Assembly: GCA_051942205.1 (NCBI GenBank)
Contig: JAVECO010000059.1
Span: forward strand, 1-64,000
Direction of reading: 5' to 3'
Source: Coniocarpon cinnabarinum
Taxonomy: Eukaryota
Length of the DNA stretch: 64,000 bases
Part shown: positions 38,750-49,933 of the stretch, piece after piece
Layout: each line of letters begins with the position of its first letter
How positions within the stretch are numbered: position 1 is the stretch's first letter
Translations under genes and position numbers: made by a program
Notes under the pieces: generated by a model
What the model saw: the letters and a program-made list of their open reading frames with translations, nothing else
The model's database searches: none
Told to the model about the DNA's origin: nothing

Positions 38750-39608
38750 CTATGATACCAGCCGGTTCTTTAGTTCGAGTAGCTACGTACACGGAATTTC
38801 GATGAGGAATTAAGCTGAGATGCAAACTCTTCAAGAAGTGCCAGGGATTGGTGAAAAGAGTCTGAGATTCATGGCTATGGCGTCTGTGTCTCAACGAATA
38901 GAATGCCTTAACAACGTGTCAGAAAATGAAGGTGGAAAAGATCGTGTTTACACTACAGCGTCTGAAATTTGCAGATAGCAGCCAAGTCTCTACTAGAGCA
39001 GCAGCTTCTCTGATATCCTAATGACGAGGGATCGGCTCGAAAGTTGGAAATCTTGATATCATCTTGAGCATTTAAGGGAAAAGTGCGACAAACACGCTGT
39101 CGCTATGATCGAGAAGAGCAAGTCAGATCGTTTGCTCGAGCAGCAGTTTGCCCACTGTCTTATGGACTAAGAATCGCCTCCAGCTTTGAATCTATTGATT
39201 AACTCTCAGAAATACAAGCAGATATCTTAATATCTACCCTTTAGATTCTGGCAGCAGCCATTGCTGGGTTTCAGTCTAGACAGCGAGCCTCTACGACGAG
39301 GAGATACTCAGGTCAAAGGCCATGGGCCGGGCGGCGAAAAGGCTCTTCATCGTTGAAAGGATTGAAATGTAGGGTGGCAATTACGGACGCGACTACTGAA
39401 AAGTTGTCAGCACCTCAGTCTATGCGGCGAGCCTCTACGATGAGAAGGCATTTGATTAAAAGAACACAGACATGATGGCACAAGGCGTATGCACCTCAGA
39501 AAGCGCTGGATTGTGGTAAGACGAGTACTCTCGTCCGAGGCTCTTGCGATCTTCTCTATGCTACTCTATCTGACATGCAATTCTGGACTTCGGCACGTCC
39601 ACCTCCTG

Positions 39609-40698
39609 TTAATTGCCCTGCTCCTGATGTTCATCCTCTTCAGCCGGGCGATTGCGGCGGCGGACGAGAAGCATCCCCGAAAAATCATCCTCGCCTGAGG
39701 GTGCGTCGTGTTGGAGCATCCACTGGTTTCCGGCAATTGCTGCAGCGGTGTTTGCTGGCAGCGTTTGACGCTCGATACGGGACATCATCTCATTGACCTC
39801 AGGCAGAGTCATTGCGCGATTGTCCCCCTCCTCTCGGCGATAAACCTCCAGCTGCGAGAAAAAATCATCGTCAAGAGCCACGTCCAGCTCTTCAATTTCC
39901 AGCTCATTTTCATCGTCTTGATCTTCGGACCGATTTACACCAGCCAGTGCTTCTTGGCCACGGAAATCTTGATGGTACCGATTGACAATACTCTGGGCAA
40001 CAGGCGTCATAACCTGTGCATCACGATCTTCGGCAGTGCTCAGATAGCCCGCATCTCGCACAGCGGGAGCTCCAGGAACCAGGTACTGAGACCAAGGTGC
40101 AAGTCCAGGTTCTTGAGTAGGGCGAGAGTCCTCTAGATCTTCCCGAAAAGCTTCGCTAAGAATATCTTGGGCACGCTGCTCCGCATAGCCCTCCTCAAAG
40201 ATGCATTTCGCCTGTGTTTTGAGCTTCTCAGCAGCGGCGAAAACAAATTTGCCATGATCAACAGATGCTGGGAAGAGCTCAGGATGGGCTTCCAGACGTT
40301 GAAGCTCCTCGATAGTAGCTTTGGTGAGATCTTCAGCGCGTTGGGAGACATGTTCAGGGTGGCTGGGATAAGTTTTAGCTTTTTGTCATGACAAAGGCAT
40401 TCTTGCGTCAAGTGCGATACAATGGGCAGGTACATACAAGGTAACCATATCACATAGCGCGTCAATGTCTATGAGCAAAGTTCCTAGGAAGACTTGATCG
40501 CAGAGACGCAAGATGCCACCGCCCTCCCCTGCCCAGATATTGATTAGTAGAGGTCAGCGGTCATGATCATTGCGATGTTGTACCTGGCAGGAGTCCACGC
40601 TCGAATTCAGCATAACAGGCGCGTCTGCCCTCAAGCGTGCGAAGATCAGGTTGAGCAGCTTGGTATCGACGCATAAAGTCGTCAGGAAGAGCGGCCAT
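39609..40698 (-). CDS. Orphan gene A (319 aa, 3 exons), candidate auxiliary mating-type gene
   Basis: ATG at 40698 in AAAATGGC context. Introns 40583-40529 (GTACAA..CTAAT..CAG) and 40437-40363 (GTATGT..GCTAAA..CAG) give a continuous 960-nt frame; exon 3 is open for 754 nt. Confidence 0.72.
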
Positions 40699-41098
40699 TT
40701 TGAGCGGTCCGCGAGTGTGATGTTCTGTGAGAAAGGTTGAACAAGAGCAAGAAGCAGGAAAGGTTCTTTGTGGTGGAAGCTAAATGTTGTCAGTGCTGGA
40801 ACGCGTTTGGAGGCTACTAGTGCAGTAAACATCAAAACAAACCCTTCTCACGTTCACCTTCACTTTTCACCTCGCACGGTTTGCCTGGCTTACAAGGCAG
40901 CAGTGTGCGAGATCAGACGAAATCTCCAGATTCTTGTGCGGCCGTAGGTGGATATTTCAAGGTCTGATTCTATTGCATGGGTTTAATGTTAGTGCCTGGT
41001 AGGATTTTGATACTTACTTTCTATAAAAACAGGCCTACTTTGCATCCGTTTTGGAAAGTCATGACATATGTTTTTACAGACTAAAAGCGATGATTCTA

Positions 41099-43130
41099 TC
41101 AACTTTTGGCTTGGACGTCGCTACTCCAAATAAAGGTAGGGCAGCGCCACTGCGAGTTTCGCTCCTTTCCACCAGACGGTCCAAGAGGTCTAATGGATTA
41201 GCTGAGAGCCAAAACCGGACACAGATTTGGAATACACATACCGCTGACACATCCAGAACTCTCTGCCACAATTCAATCCAGGCTTCTTTGTCCTCATTAT
41301 CTTGCAAGGCTCTGCATGCTCGCACAGTGGTGGTGAAGGTTTCGATAGCAGCTTGGACCAAGAAGCCTTCGCCTCTTCATAATCAGTTGGATGATCGCTC
41401 ACAGTGCGCACTGTCTCTATTCTGTCCACCTCTACGCGATTGTCATTATCTTGGCTCGTATCTTCAGATGGACTCATAACACAGCGTGATCTTTGTGCTA
41501 TCGATGCATTGTTGATGGAACTAGTGTTCCGTGCCTCGGATTCAATAACGCTATTTTTAGACGTGAAGAAACCCAGAAGGTTACTTTGGCCGCCGCCGTG
41601 CGCGGATGCTACTTGTACTCCCGATGTATGGCGTTTAGGGGCAGGCTGAGGAGCGGCTCTTTGTATTGATTTTCTCTTTTTGAGAAGCCCAGAGCTGTGA
41701 GATCTTGACAATTTGGTCGGAGAGGTTGCCAAGCCGTCTGGGCTGACAGGCCAATTCTTCTTAGAGGATTGTAGTGAAATTGATGATCTACTCTGCAAAT
41801 CTTTGCCCCTTGACGTGTCTTCACCCTTCTCTTGGGTTGTGAAGCTTGTAGCTTTCTCTGCTAAAGAAGACTTTCCAGCGAACATGGATTTAATGTTCCT
41901 CCTCTTCTCAAACTCTGGCATTGATTTTGCGGAGAGCGCAAGACTTGCTTTGGAGTCAGTCGAGTTGACCCTGTGGTCGTTACTGGATACGGCAGGCGGG
42001 CTGAGGATGCCCAGTAAGTGCCGCATGCAATTTACATCCCATACCTCGTCTTTGAAATCTGCGAAAACAGGACAATGGTCAGAGCCCTGCTCGGTTTTAG
42101 ATATTAATTCTTTGGCACAGTCACGGCATTGCTCACCATGAGGCCTTCTTGAATATCGCTTTTCTCGAACCAATTCTTCATGTCAAGACTACAAAGGATG
42201 AAATCAATCCTTGAGCCAAAGTTGCCTGGCCGGGCATTGATTTTTTGCTCCCAGTGCGTGAACATTCCACTTCTTGCTAGGTGGAACTCTCGACAAACAT
42301 CCCACATTACAGGATCTTGTCTGCCCGGATCACGAGCTCCAAAGACTTTGCCACCTTCTAAGAGCTGGTTGAAGATTCTGCGGTTGGGAGATGACATATA
42401 CTGCTCGTGCGTGAGACCATCTTTTCGGATAGCCTCCACAGCGTTTGCTGTATCAAGTTCCTCGCGACTCACGTTCAAATCACCACACACAATAACTCGC
42501 TTACCTTCGTGGATCAGGTTGCGGACTCGCATGTCTAGCGCGACTAGGAAGCCGTGCCGAAAATCATCCCGAATTCCACTGCTATTTGCCGGACTATATA
42601 TACCTAGTAACACAAATGCAGGAAACTCAAGGATGACGCATCGCCCCTCAGAATCAAGGAAGACTGGGTCAACATTGACATCCTTTAATTGGGCGGGTGT
42701 CAGGTATCCGCCAATTCGTTTCTCTGCACGCATTTCCCGGTATGGAGTAGAGGAATTTGGCGAAGGTAGGACACCAAGGAGTCCTTCTTCGGCGCGGAGT
42801 GGGGAGCAGACAGACTGTCGTGTGAATACTCCAACTCCCGAATAACCTAATGCAGGTTTTGCTAATCAACAGACGGCGCGCACATTGCATGCTGGGGCTC
42901 AAGAATATACCTTTCTTATGCCTCGGCAACGAATAGAAAACATCCCATCCAGGAATAAGAACCATGTCATCTTTTAAGTCTTTGCGTTGGATTTTCAATT
43001 CCTGAAAGACGACAACATCCGCTTCCAGAGTGTCGAACATGCTGTTGAACGTCCGCTTCTCGCGCCATGGATGATAAGCAAAGGGGTTGCGAATGCCATT
43101 TACGTTCCACGTCGTTATTCGAAATCCCAT
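41099..43130 (-). CDS. APN2: AP endonuclease / DNA lyase Apn2 with C-terminal GRF zinc finger; 3 introns
   Basis: RITTWNVNGIR, FQELK, GYSGV, GDLNV, GSRIDF, GSDHCPV, CEHAEPC..GREFWMC..WRC. Introns 42910-42847, 42136-42087 and 41241-41190. Confidence 0.95.
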
Positions 43131-43400
43131 GACTTTGTCGAAACACAGGGGAGAAATCTTCAAACGTTCTCATGGATATCATGGATAAGTTTCGAAGCAG
43201 ATATATAATTCGATTCTGTGGGGCATGATTTCATCGCGTCGTTAGGACAATGCAGTAAAGGAGAATTAAGAGACATCGGCGTGATGGACGGTGGAGTAGT
43301 GCACCTCTCTATACGGGTATATCGATTATAATGTATCTTCAACTCCTTACGCATGTTGTGGCGCAAGACTCATTCAACGACAGCACGGAGAGCACAATAA

Positions 43401-43961
43401 ATGATGTTTGCACGCACGTCACCTCCCGTGAGGGGTCTTGCGTTCCTCGCACGCCGGCAAACTTTCCTCAAGACCGCCAAACGTCATGCTACATCGTCTC
43501 CTAAGAGTACTGGTCACACCGTGGATAAGCTTGAAGGACCCTACGACAACGCCTTCAACCGGGAAAGGCTTGCAGTGAAGAAACATGCAGCCGCGACAGC
43601 GGGTGAGATATCTCGGCGGGCATCCAATTTCCAGATGAATGAGGCGCAAATCAGGTAGCTGACAAACAACCCAACAGACTTTTGGCGAAAGCTTTCACTC
43701 TAGTACGAACTTGGCCCAATACCTGTCTCGATCTGCGACTAATCGTTCATCAGTGTTGTTATCCCCGCGCTGATTGTGACCGGTGCCAATACGTGGCTTC
43801 AGTGGAATGAGCATTGGGAACACCAAGCGCATATGCCTCCGGTGAGCGAACGTACGCAGTACTCATACATGAACATCCGCACAAAAGCGTTTCCTTGGGG
43901 TGATGGCGACAAAACATTATTCTGGAACGACAATTACAATTACCACGACAAAGATTCCTAG
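43401..43961 (+). CDS. COX13: Cytochrome c oxidase subunit VIa; 2 introns
   Basis: NAFNRERLAVKKHAAATA / DFWRKLSL / YVVIP...HWEH...YMNIRTKAFPWGDGDKTLFWN. Introns 43603-43677 and 43703-43753. Confidence 0.95.
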
Positions 43962-44161
43962 GCTACGAGTTAAAACAACAGCATCGCCATACGTACAAGC
44001 CTCGAAGGGATAGTTGCACGAAGCCCCCACAGAATTGCACAGTAGCACAAATCACTCCAGGTGCTCAAGAATTTCATATCAAGGCAGGACACTCTCTGTC
44101 ATATGACGTGCTTTAGTGCGTTGTTCATTCCATCCTATCGAGTTGTCTGTGTCCAGATCTT

Positions 44162-45607
44162 CTAGAAATAGGTGCTCGATACCTCGTCCTCTGCAACGTC
44201 ATCATCAAACTCCCTCTCCAGTGCCAGTGCCGAAAGATCCTCATGTGCTTCTGAATTACCCGGTGTTCGTAATTCTTCGAGGATGTTTGCATTCAGTGTA
44301 GGTGGTAGCCATGTCTCGATCTTGTGAAACTCTCGACCGGTGGGTAGCTTTCCCAACAAATCCTGAGCTTCGGTTTCGGCTTGGAAGTTCACTGTGTCGT
44401 TTATTCGCTGCCATTTTTGGAGCAAGTTTTCAATGACGCCCACCTCCTCGGCTTGTCCTGCGTCTTGTCCCCAGTCGCCGTGTTTGTCAAAAAGCTTGTT
44501 TTCCCGCTTCTCCGCGTAGTTTTGTTTCCATTTCGCTGACAAGCTTATCTGCCTGCTACCCTTCGAGATGCCTAGATTCATGCTTCGGCTGTCCAACTCA
44601 AGCATTGCAGCACGCAGCCAGCCTATTGCTGTTCCTAACGCACCCTTTGCTTCAGCATCGATCGCGGCAAAGCGACAAGACCTTGCCCTAGCAACGTGTT
44701 TGAGAAGGTCCAGATATCGTTCCAGAGCTTCGCAAGTGAAGTCGCTTGAGCGTATAGCAAGCGTGCGATTGCTAGCAGAGATTGCTGCAGTGCCACGAGC
44801 GGCGTGATCACTAGAAGCCATGCAGAGTCGTGACAGAAGCTGAGCCCGCACTGAGGGGATAGAAGGAGTGCGTATCATCCATTCAGTGTTATTTACATTG
44901 CTCTGTGCAGTAACAAGTTGAGCATGCCCATCATCCTTAAGCACAGTGAGTAGAGTAGCTTCAGCCAAGGTGAGATTTGCCAGAGCCGTGAATAGGGATT
45001 CCGAGATTTCGAAAGGGACTTTTTGACTGCTTCGAGCTATCGTGAACGAACACAGATAGTTATATATCGAGTTGGCGTGAAGCAAGGCATCCATGGCGGT
45101 GCAGATATAGGTTGTCCTCTGCTGGTCGCTCATAGGCGGAGCCGCTCTGAAGTCAGATAGATTTCGTAGCTGGTTCCTGGCTTGCAAATAGAAAACCGTT
45201 GCGCATGTTGAAATTGTAAGAGCCATCTCAGCCTCCAGGTTAAGTGCAAATATCTTGCGAGAGCTTCTGCCAGGCAGGCGTGAACGTAATAATGATGAGC
45301 GCCATGGTATCTTGAAATGTTTTACAAGCGTTACGTTGATGGTGCTGACTGATGTGCTGAATTGAGGGTGCAGGCCGTGATACAAAGCAACAACAAGCGG
45401 GATATATTCTTCCAAAGCCGCAGAGATCGAGCCTAGTTCTTTAGCTTTTTGTGGAGCTTCGGTGTGGTGATAGGACTTGAGTGCGGCGCAGAATACATTG
45501 CGGGCTCTCGAGGCATGATGCAAAAGGTTCGGATGGGAAGAGCTCCGCAGAAAATCAGCAAATGAAATGGCAGGCGTTTGCGGTAATGTCAGCGAATACG
45601 GCATCAT
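44162..45607 (-). CDS. palC: pH-response regulator PalC (Bro1-like domain)
   Basis: MPYSLTLPQT..SF...SHPNL start, LAEATLLTVLKDD, EWM...PSIPSVRAQLLSRLC, WGQDAG..EE, NDTVN.Q, LPTGRE, C-terminal YF. Confidence 0.82.
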   Translation of the reverse strand: MMPYSLTLPQTPAISFADFLRSSSHPNLLHHASRARNVFCAALKSYHHTEAPQKAKELGSISAALEEYIPLVVALYHGLHPQFSTSVSTINVTLVKHFKIPWRSSLLRSRLPGRSSRKIFALNLEAEMALTISTCATVFYLQARNQLRNLSDFRAAPPMSDQQRTTYICTAMDALLHANSIYNYLCSFTIARSSQKVPFEISESLFTALANLTLAEATLLTVLKDDGHAQLVTAQSNVNNTEWMIRTPSIPSVRAQLLSRLCMASSDHAARGTAAISASNRTLAIRSSDFTCEALERYLDLLKHVARARSCRFAAIDAEAKGALGTAIGWLRAAMLELDSRSMNLGISKGSRQISLSAKWKQNYAEKRENKLFDKHGDWGQDAGQAEEVGVIENLLQKWQRINDTVNFQAETEAQDLLGKLPTGREFHKIETWLPPTLNANILEELRTPGNSEAHEDLSALALEREFDDDVAEDEVSSTYF

Positions 45608-46006
45608 GTAGCAAAAGCATAATGATGCGAGGGCAACGTCCGCTTGCAAACTTGCATGATGTTATTTGGTAGGCGTAGTCACGTTAGCTTCACGGACGGA
45701 GCATTTGTGTTACTTGGCTCTTGTTATGTATGGCGCTTTTTGACAGTCACGTGACCAACCTTTCGTACTGTACTCAGTGGCTTGCATCATTTCCTTGAAA
45801 AATCGGGTACACACTGTGTAAGTGTCATTCTCTGTACTACGGGCTGTAGACCCCACACTGCATTGGGAGCAACCCAGTGTGGTACCAGCACGTATGCACC
45901 ATCGCAATCGGTGATGCTCTATCTGTTCAGAGGACTCCACCGCGTTGATGACGATCTCAGCTTTCAACGCCACCGTTGCCGAGTGTGGAACTCAGGGCAC
46001 TGACGA

Positions 46007-47024
46007 TCATTCGCTATGGCTGCGCCAATTCTTGCGATTCTCTTGTACTTCCTTGAAAAGTAGCATTGCTCCTGGACCCCCGCTGAAGGCCATAGTTGCC
46101 TCTAGACGACGCTGATTCTTTTTCTTGTCATACTCTTCGTTCACTGTCGCTTTGTTAATTTGTCTCCTCTTTGATGGCATGGTATGTAAAGACTCACAGA
46201 GTTCCTGAACCTTCTCGACTGGCAAGTCCAAAAGCAGAGCCAACCATGAAAGCTCCACTTCATTCAGTGGCAACTTGTCAACGAAACGTGAGAGATAGGG
46301 CATGATTATGGCTCTCATTCCGGTACCACGAGCATGCCGAGGTACCAGACGCATGAAGTCTGCGCGCTCTTCGGTTTCACTGTCTGAATCAGATACATGC
46401 AGCATATTGAGTTGCTTTACTAACGTACTTGGAAATCTTTTCACGCAAAGCGCAACGTCCGAGGTTTTCCATTTGCTCACGACTGAGGCCATTGTATCCT
46501 TTATCTCCTTGTCCATATTTGACCAAAGGGGCCATCTTGTTGGCATGCTCTTGCTCTTCGCGAAGGAGTGTTGTCAAACGCTCCATTTTTCCTTCATCAA
46601 CAGGGTGATTTGTCGGGATATAAATATCGCGATCCATTGGAAGGGGCCTCATATTTTCTTGCGTTTGTGGAGAGTTCTTGAGCGCCTGAAAAGCCTTCAA
46701 TGGGCAGTCTTCAAGGATGCGTTTCATGTTCTGTAACGACTCTCGGGCTGAAGTGCTATGCCCAGTGATACCGCCGAGCCCGATACCCAAGTCTGCCTCA
46801 GAAAATGTGCAGTCGGGTCTCATCAGGACAGGCCTTGGTTCAGGTACGGTATCTGCAGATTCAGTCATCTTAGAAGCGGCTGACTCTACATTCAGACGAT
46901 GTTGTCGTCAGCAATCAGATTACAGTTTACGTGTGCTACAGGCCTTACCTTCAGCTTGGGAATTTGGCGAGATGGCAGCGCGAATGCGGGCGGCTGTTGC
47001 ATTTTCCTCCGCTATGTCCGACAT
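46007..47024 (-). CDS. Orphan gene B (301 aa, 3 exons), candidate auxiliary MAT1-1 gene
   Basis: MSDIAEENA start. Introns 46948-46886 (GTAAGG..GCTGAC..TAG) and 46428-46380 (GTACGT..CTGAT..CAG) fuse three track ORFs into one 906-nt frame. It is the next gene downstream of MAT1-1-1. Confidence 0.78.
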
Positions 47025-47599
47025 CGTTCTTGTTGTTTTTGTCTTTGCTGAAATGTTGTGAACGTGGAAGAAAAGCTTTGTGGTGAAAGTGAAGCGTGTA
47101 AACAACAAACATCGAATGTTTGCATGTGACATTTTCGCATGACGTAAGGTATTCATGCGATCGCAACCACTCAAAATGCTTTCAGAAGATCCACATCTGC
47201 TTTCGATTCCGTAGAATAAAGACAGGGTACACTTCCGACTTTTGATTGCTCGAAATTTTGGAAAGAAGGCATAAACTCTGCAACTTCTATCCGAAGAAAT
47301 TAAGTCGCTGGCTGCCCTTACGCTGCTGCAGTCATTTAGAAAGGCTTTGCAAACCAAAAATTTCGTAGCGAACGTATAGCAGAAATACGATCCTAGACTG
47401 ATCAAAACTTCCAGGAATACTCTTCTAATGTGAAATGAAGGTACGATAGAGACAATTTTTGTTCACCATGGGCGCTACTTAGAATCATAACAATACTAAA
47501 CTGGATTTACAGTAGAAACTCAACTCTCAATAGCCTTGTTGCATCCAAGGAAAGATAAGCAATCTAGAATTCCATTGCGAGAAGGCTCCATCAGAGTTG

Positions 47600-48830
47600 G
47601 TGCATAGGCTGCTCAGCCTCGAGAGATAGAGATTCTTGACAGTAAGGGACTCGCACTGGCTACTGAGCGCGATTAATGCTATTTCATGCTCTGTTATCCG
47701 TAGGAAAAAGGGTGTGCCAACAACATGTGTAGAAATCGCAATGAATTAGCCACCGCAAGCAGGCTACTCAAAACTACGCGGGAATAGTCCTTGAAACTGG
47801 TAGCACTGCTTTAGCTACCCAGCGTAGCATAGATCTTTATTTACTATATAATCTGTAGGAATTCGGACACGTTCCTAGTATTTGTAGGAATTGCGGCGAA
47901 TTAGCCATCGAGCGTAGGCTGCTTCGGACTATATGATCATAATTCTTGCTAGCAAAAGAAATGTTTTGGCCAACGAGCGTAGCCCGGGCGTATTTTTACT
48001 CTATAATTTGCAAGAAAAGAGGCGTGAGAATGACTTTGTATAAGATTGCGGAAATTTTGGCATGCTAAATAGGCTGCTTTAGTCTCCCACGACATTGCCA
48101 AATAATACTGACATATCGCAGCAAACCTAAGGCTTATATATACTTTGTAATTTGTATAACATCAAGCGTAACCATGGTATTATACAAGATTACGATAATT
48201 TAAGTATGCTATATAGGCTGCTTAGTGTTCCGCGATATTAGCGAATAATACTAATATTATCGCATTGGCTGCAGAGCAATCCTAAGGCTCTTATGCACTT
48301 TGTAATTTGCATAACATTAGGCGTGACCGTGGTATTGTATAAGATTACGATAATTTAAGTATACTATATAGGCTGCTTAGTGTTCTGCAATATTGCTGAT
48401 ATTATCGTATTAGCTATAGAGCAATCCTAAGGCTCTTATATACTTTATAATTTACATAAAATTAGGCGCGACCGTAGTATTATACAAGATTACAAGAATT
48501 TAGGTATACTACATAGGCTGCTTAGTGTTCTGCAACTTTTGCTAATAATACTAACATTGTCTTATTGGCTGTAGAGCAAAACTAAGGTTCTTATATACTC
48601 TATATTTTGCATGAGTTCAGGCGTAACCCTAGCATGCAAAGAAATTTAGAGGAAATCGACTGGATATTACTACTATTGATTTTGTCTGCGAAAGTCAGCT
48701 GGCGGTCCCTTGCTCCAGAACACATGCAGAGCACAGCTAAGGTCTCTTTTCATAGTATAGTTTGTATGAATTAAGGCGTGATCCTAGCATGCAATGAAAT
48801 TAAGATGAATTCAACTTGGCATTACTGCTA
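47600..48830. repeat. Tandem array of about 8 diverged 155-bp units
   Basis: Anchor AGGCT(G/A)CT at 47606, 47761, 47916, 48071, 48215, 48370, 48515. Anchor CTAAGG at 48127, 48282, 48427, 48582, 48737. Spacings are 155, except two of 144-145. Confidence 0.92.
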
Positions 48831-48840
48831 TCTGATCTGT

Positions 48841-49933
48841 CTATGAAAGAGTGGCAAATTGCTCCCAGTGAAAGTCGCTGATCTCAAATGCGACCTGCTC
48901 ATCCCCCATGGCTGCGTCAAAAAGCAGCTCTTCGCCACCAATGTCAAAGGCGTCCGCGACAGGGTCCTGCGACCCGCTGCTCCAGAAATGAAACGAGAGG
49001 TCGTCAATGGCCAAGCGACCCGCATCCATGTTGAGTGGTTCTGGCACTGGAGTCGGAATGTTTGTTGACAAGGGCAGAGATGACGATTCAGCTGTATCTG
49101 GCGGCGTTGCGTGTGACGAGTTGGTGACATTAGGTGCAGGTGCTGTGCTCGTAGAAACCATGGTCATTGTGGGTCCGGTCTGGCTGGTGCTGGTAGGAGG
49201 TGGGATCTGAGAGCCACCTGAGGTGTTGCCGAAGGCTGCACGAGATTCTTGAACGAGCTCGACCGAAGAAACATTTGACACTCGGATGTCTTCCTGGAAA
49301 TTTGAGAGCTCAGGTTCGAAAATCTTTTCTAGCTTCTTGCCCTCAACACTCTCAATCAAGGTCCACCCCAGGGCCGCAAGATAGTCCTCAGGCTTAAGAA
49401 TTCCCATCTTTGGGCAGGCAAAGTCGCAGAAGTCGCGGACTTTCATGATCGGAAAACCTTCATCATCACGAAGGTCTGTCCACGCTTTCGCAATGATGGA
49501 CCACTTGGCTTCAAAAAGGTCGTTCTGCCACAGTTTCTGCATGAATCCGGAGACTTCACGCTGATGCATATCTTTGAAGAAAGGCAGCGACAGATAGTAG
49601 GCTTTGGATTGTCAGCAATGGCGAAAGCTATGAGAGCTGGCAGTACTTACCGCGAAAAGCGACGAAGGAATTTAGGGGTTTTGGCGCATGCTTCCCATTG
49701 CGCATCCCTGTGGATCCAAGGGCTTTTGCTTTAGCCTTTCCTTTCGATGAACTCTTCGTGACCTTTGACGGTTTTTCGCGATGGCTCTGACAGTGGCGAG
49801 AAATCTGAACTCTGCGGATCTGCTTGATGAGGTCGTCAGGATCTGCATCAGACAGAGAGGCCAAAAAATTATCAGTGGCGTCATCCGATGTCAGGTCGTT
49901 GTGGTATGCAGACGAGTTCGAGAGTGGAGACAT
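48841..49933 (-). CDS. MAT1-1-1: Mating-type alpha-box protein MAT1-1-1 (347 aa); 1 intron in the alpha box
   Basis: Intron 49650-49602 joins KPLNSFVAFR to AYY...SGFMQKLWQND...KWSIIAKAWTDLRD, the alpha-1 domain signature with its usual intron position. Neighbourhood includes APN2, COX13 and SLA2. Confidence 0.95.

Noticed and set aside
41099..45607. Lower GC of APN2/palC as proof of recombination suppression
   Set aside because: Parts of REV3 outside the region look equally AT-rich by eye; a proper GC3 calculation is needed.
47600..48830. CRISPR-like or coding repeat
   Set aside because: Eukaryotic context, whole units repeat with no unique spacers, the period is not divisible by 3, and stop codons are frequent.
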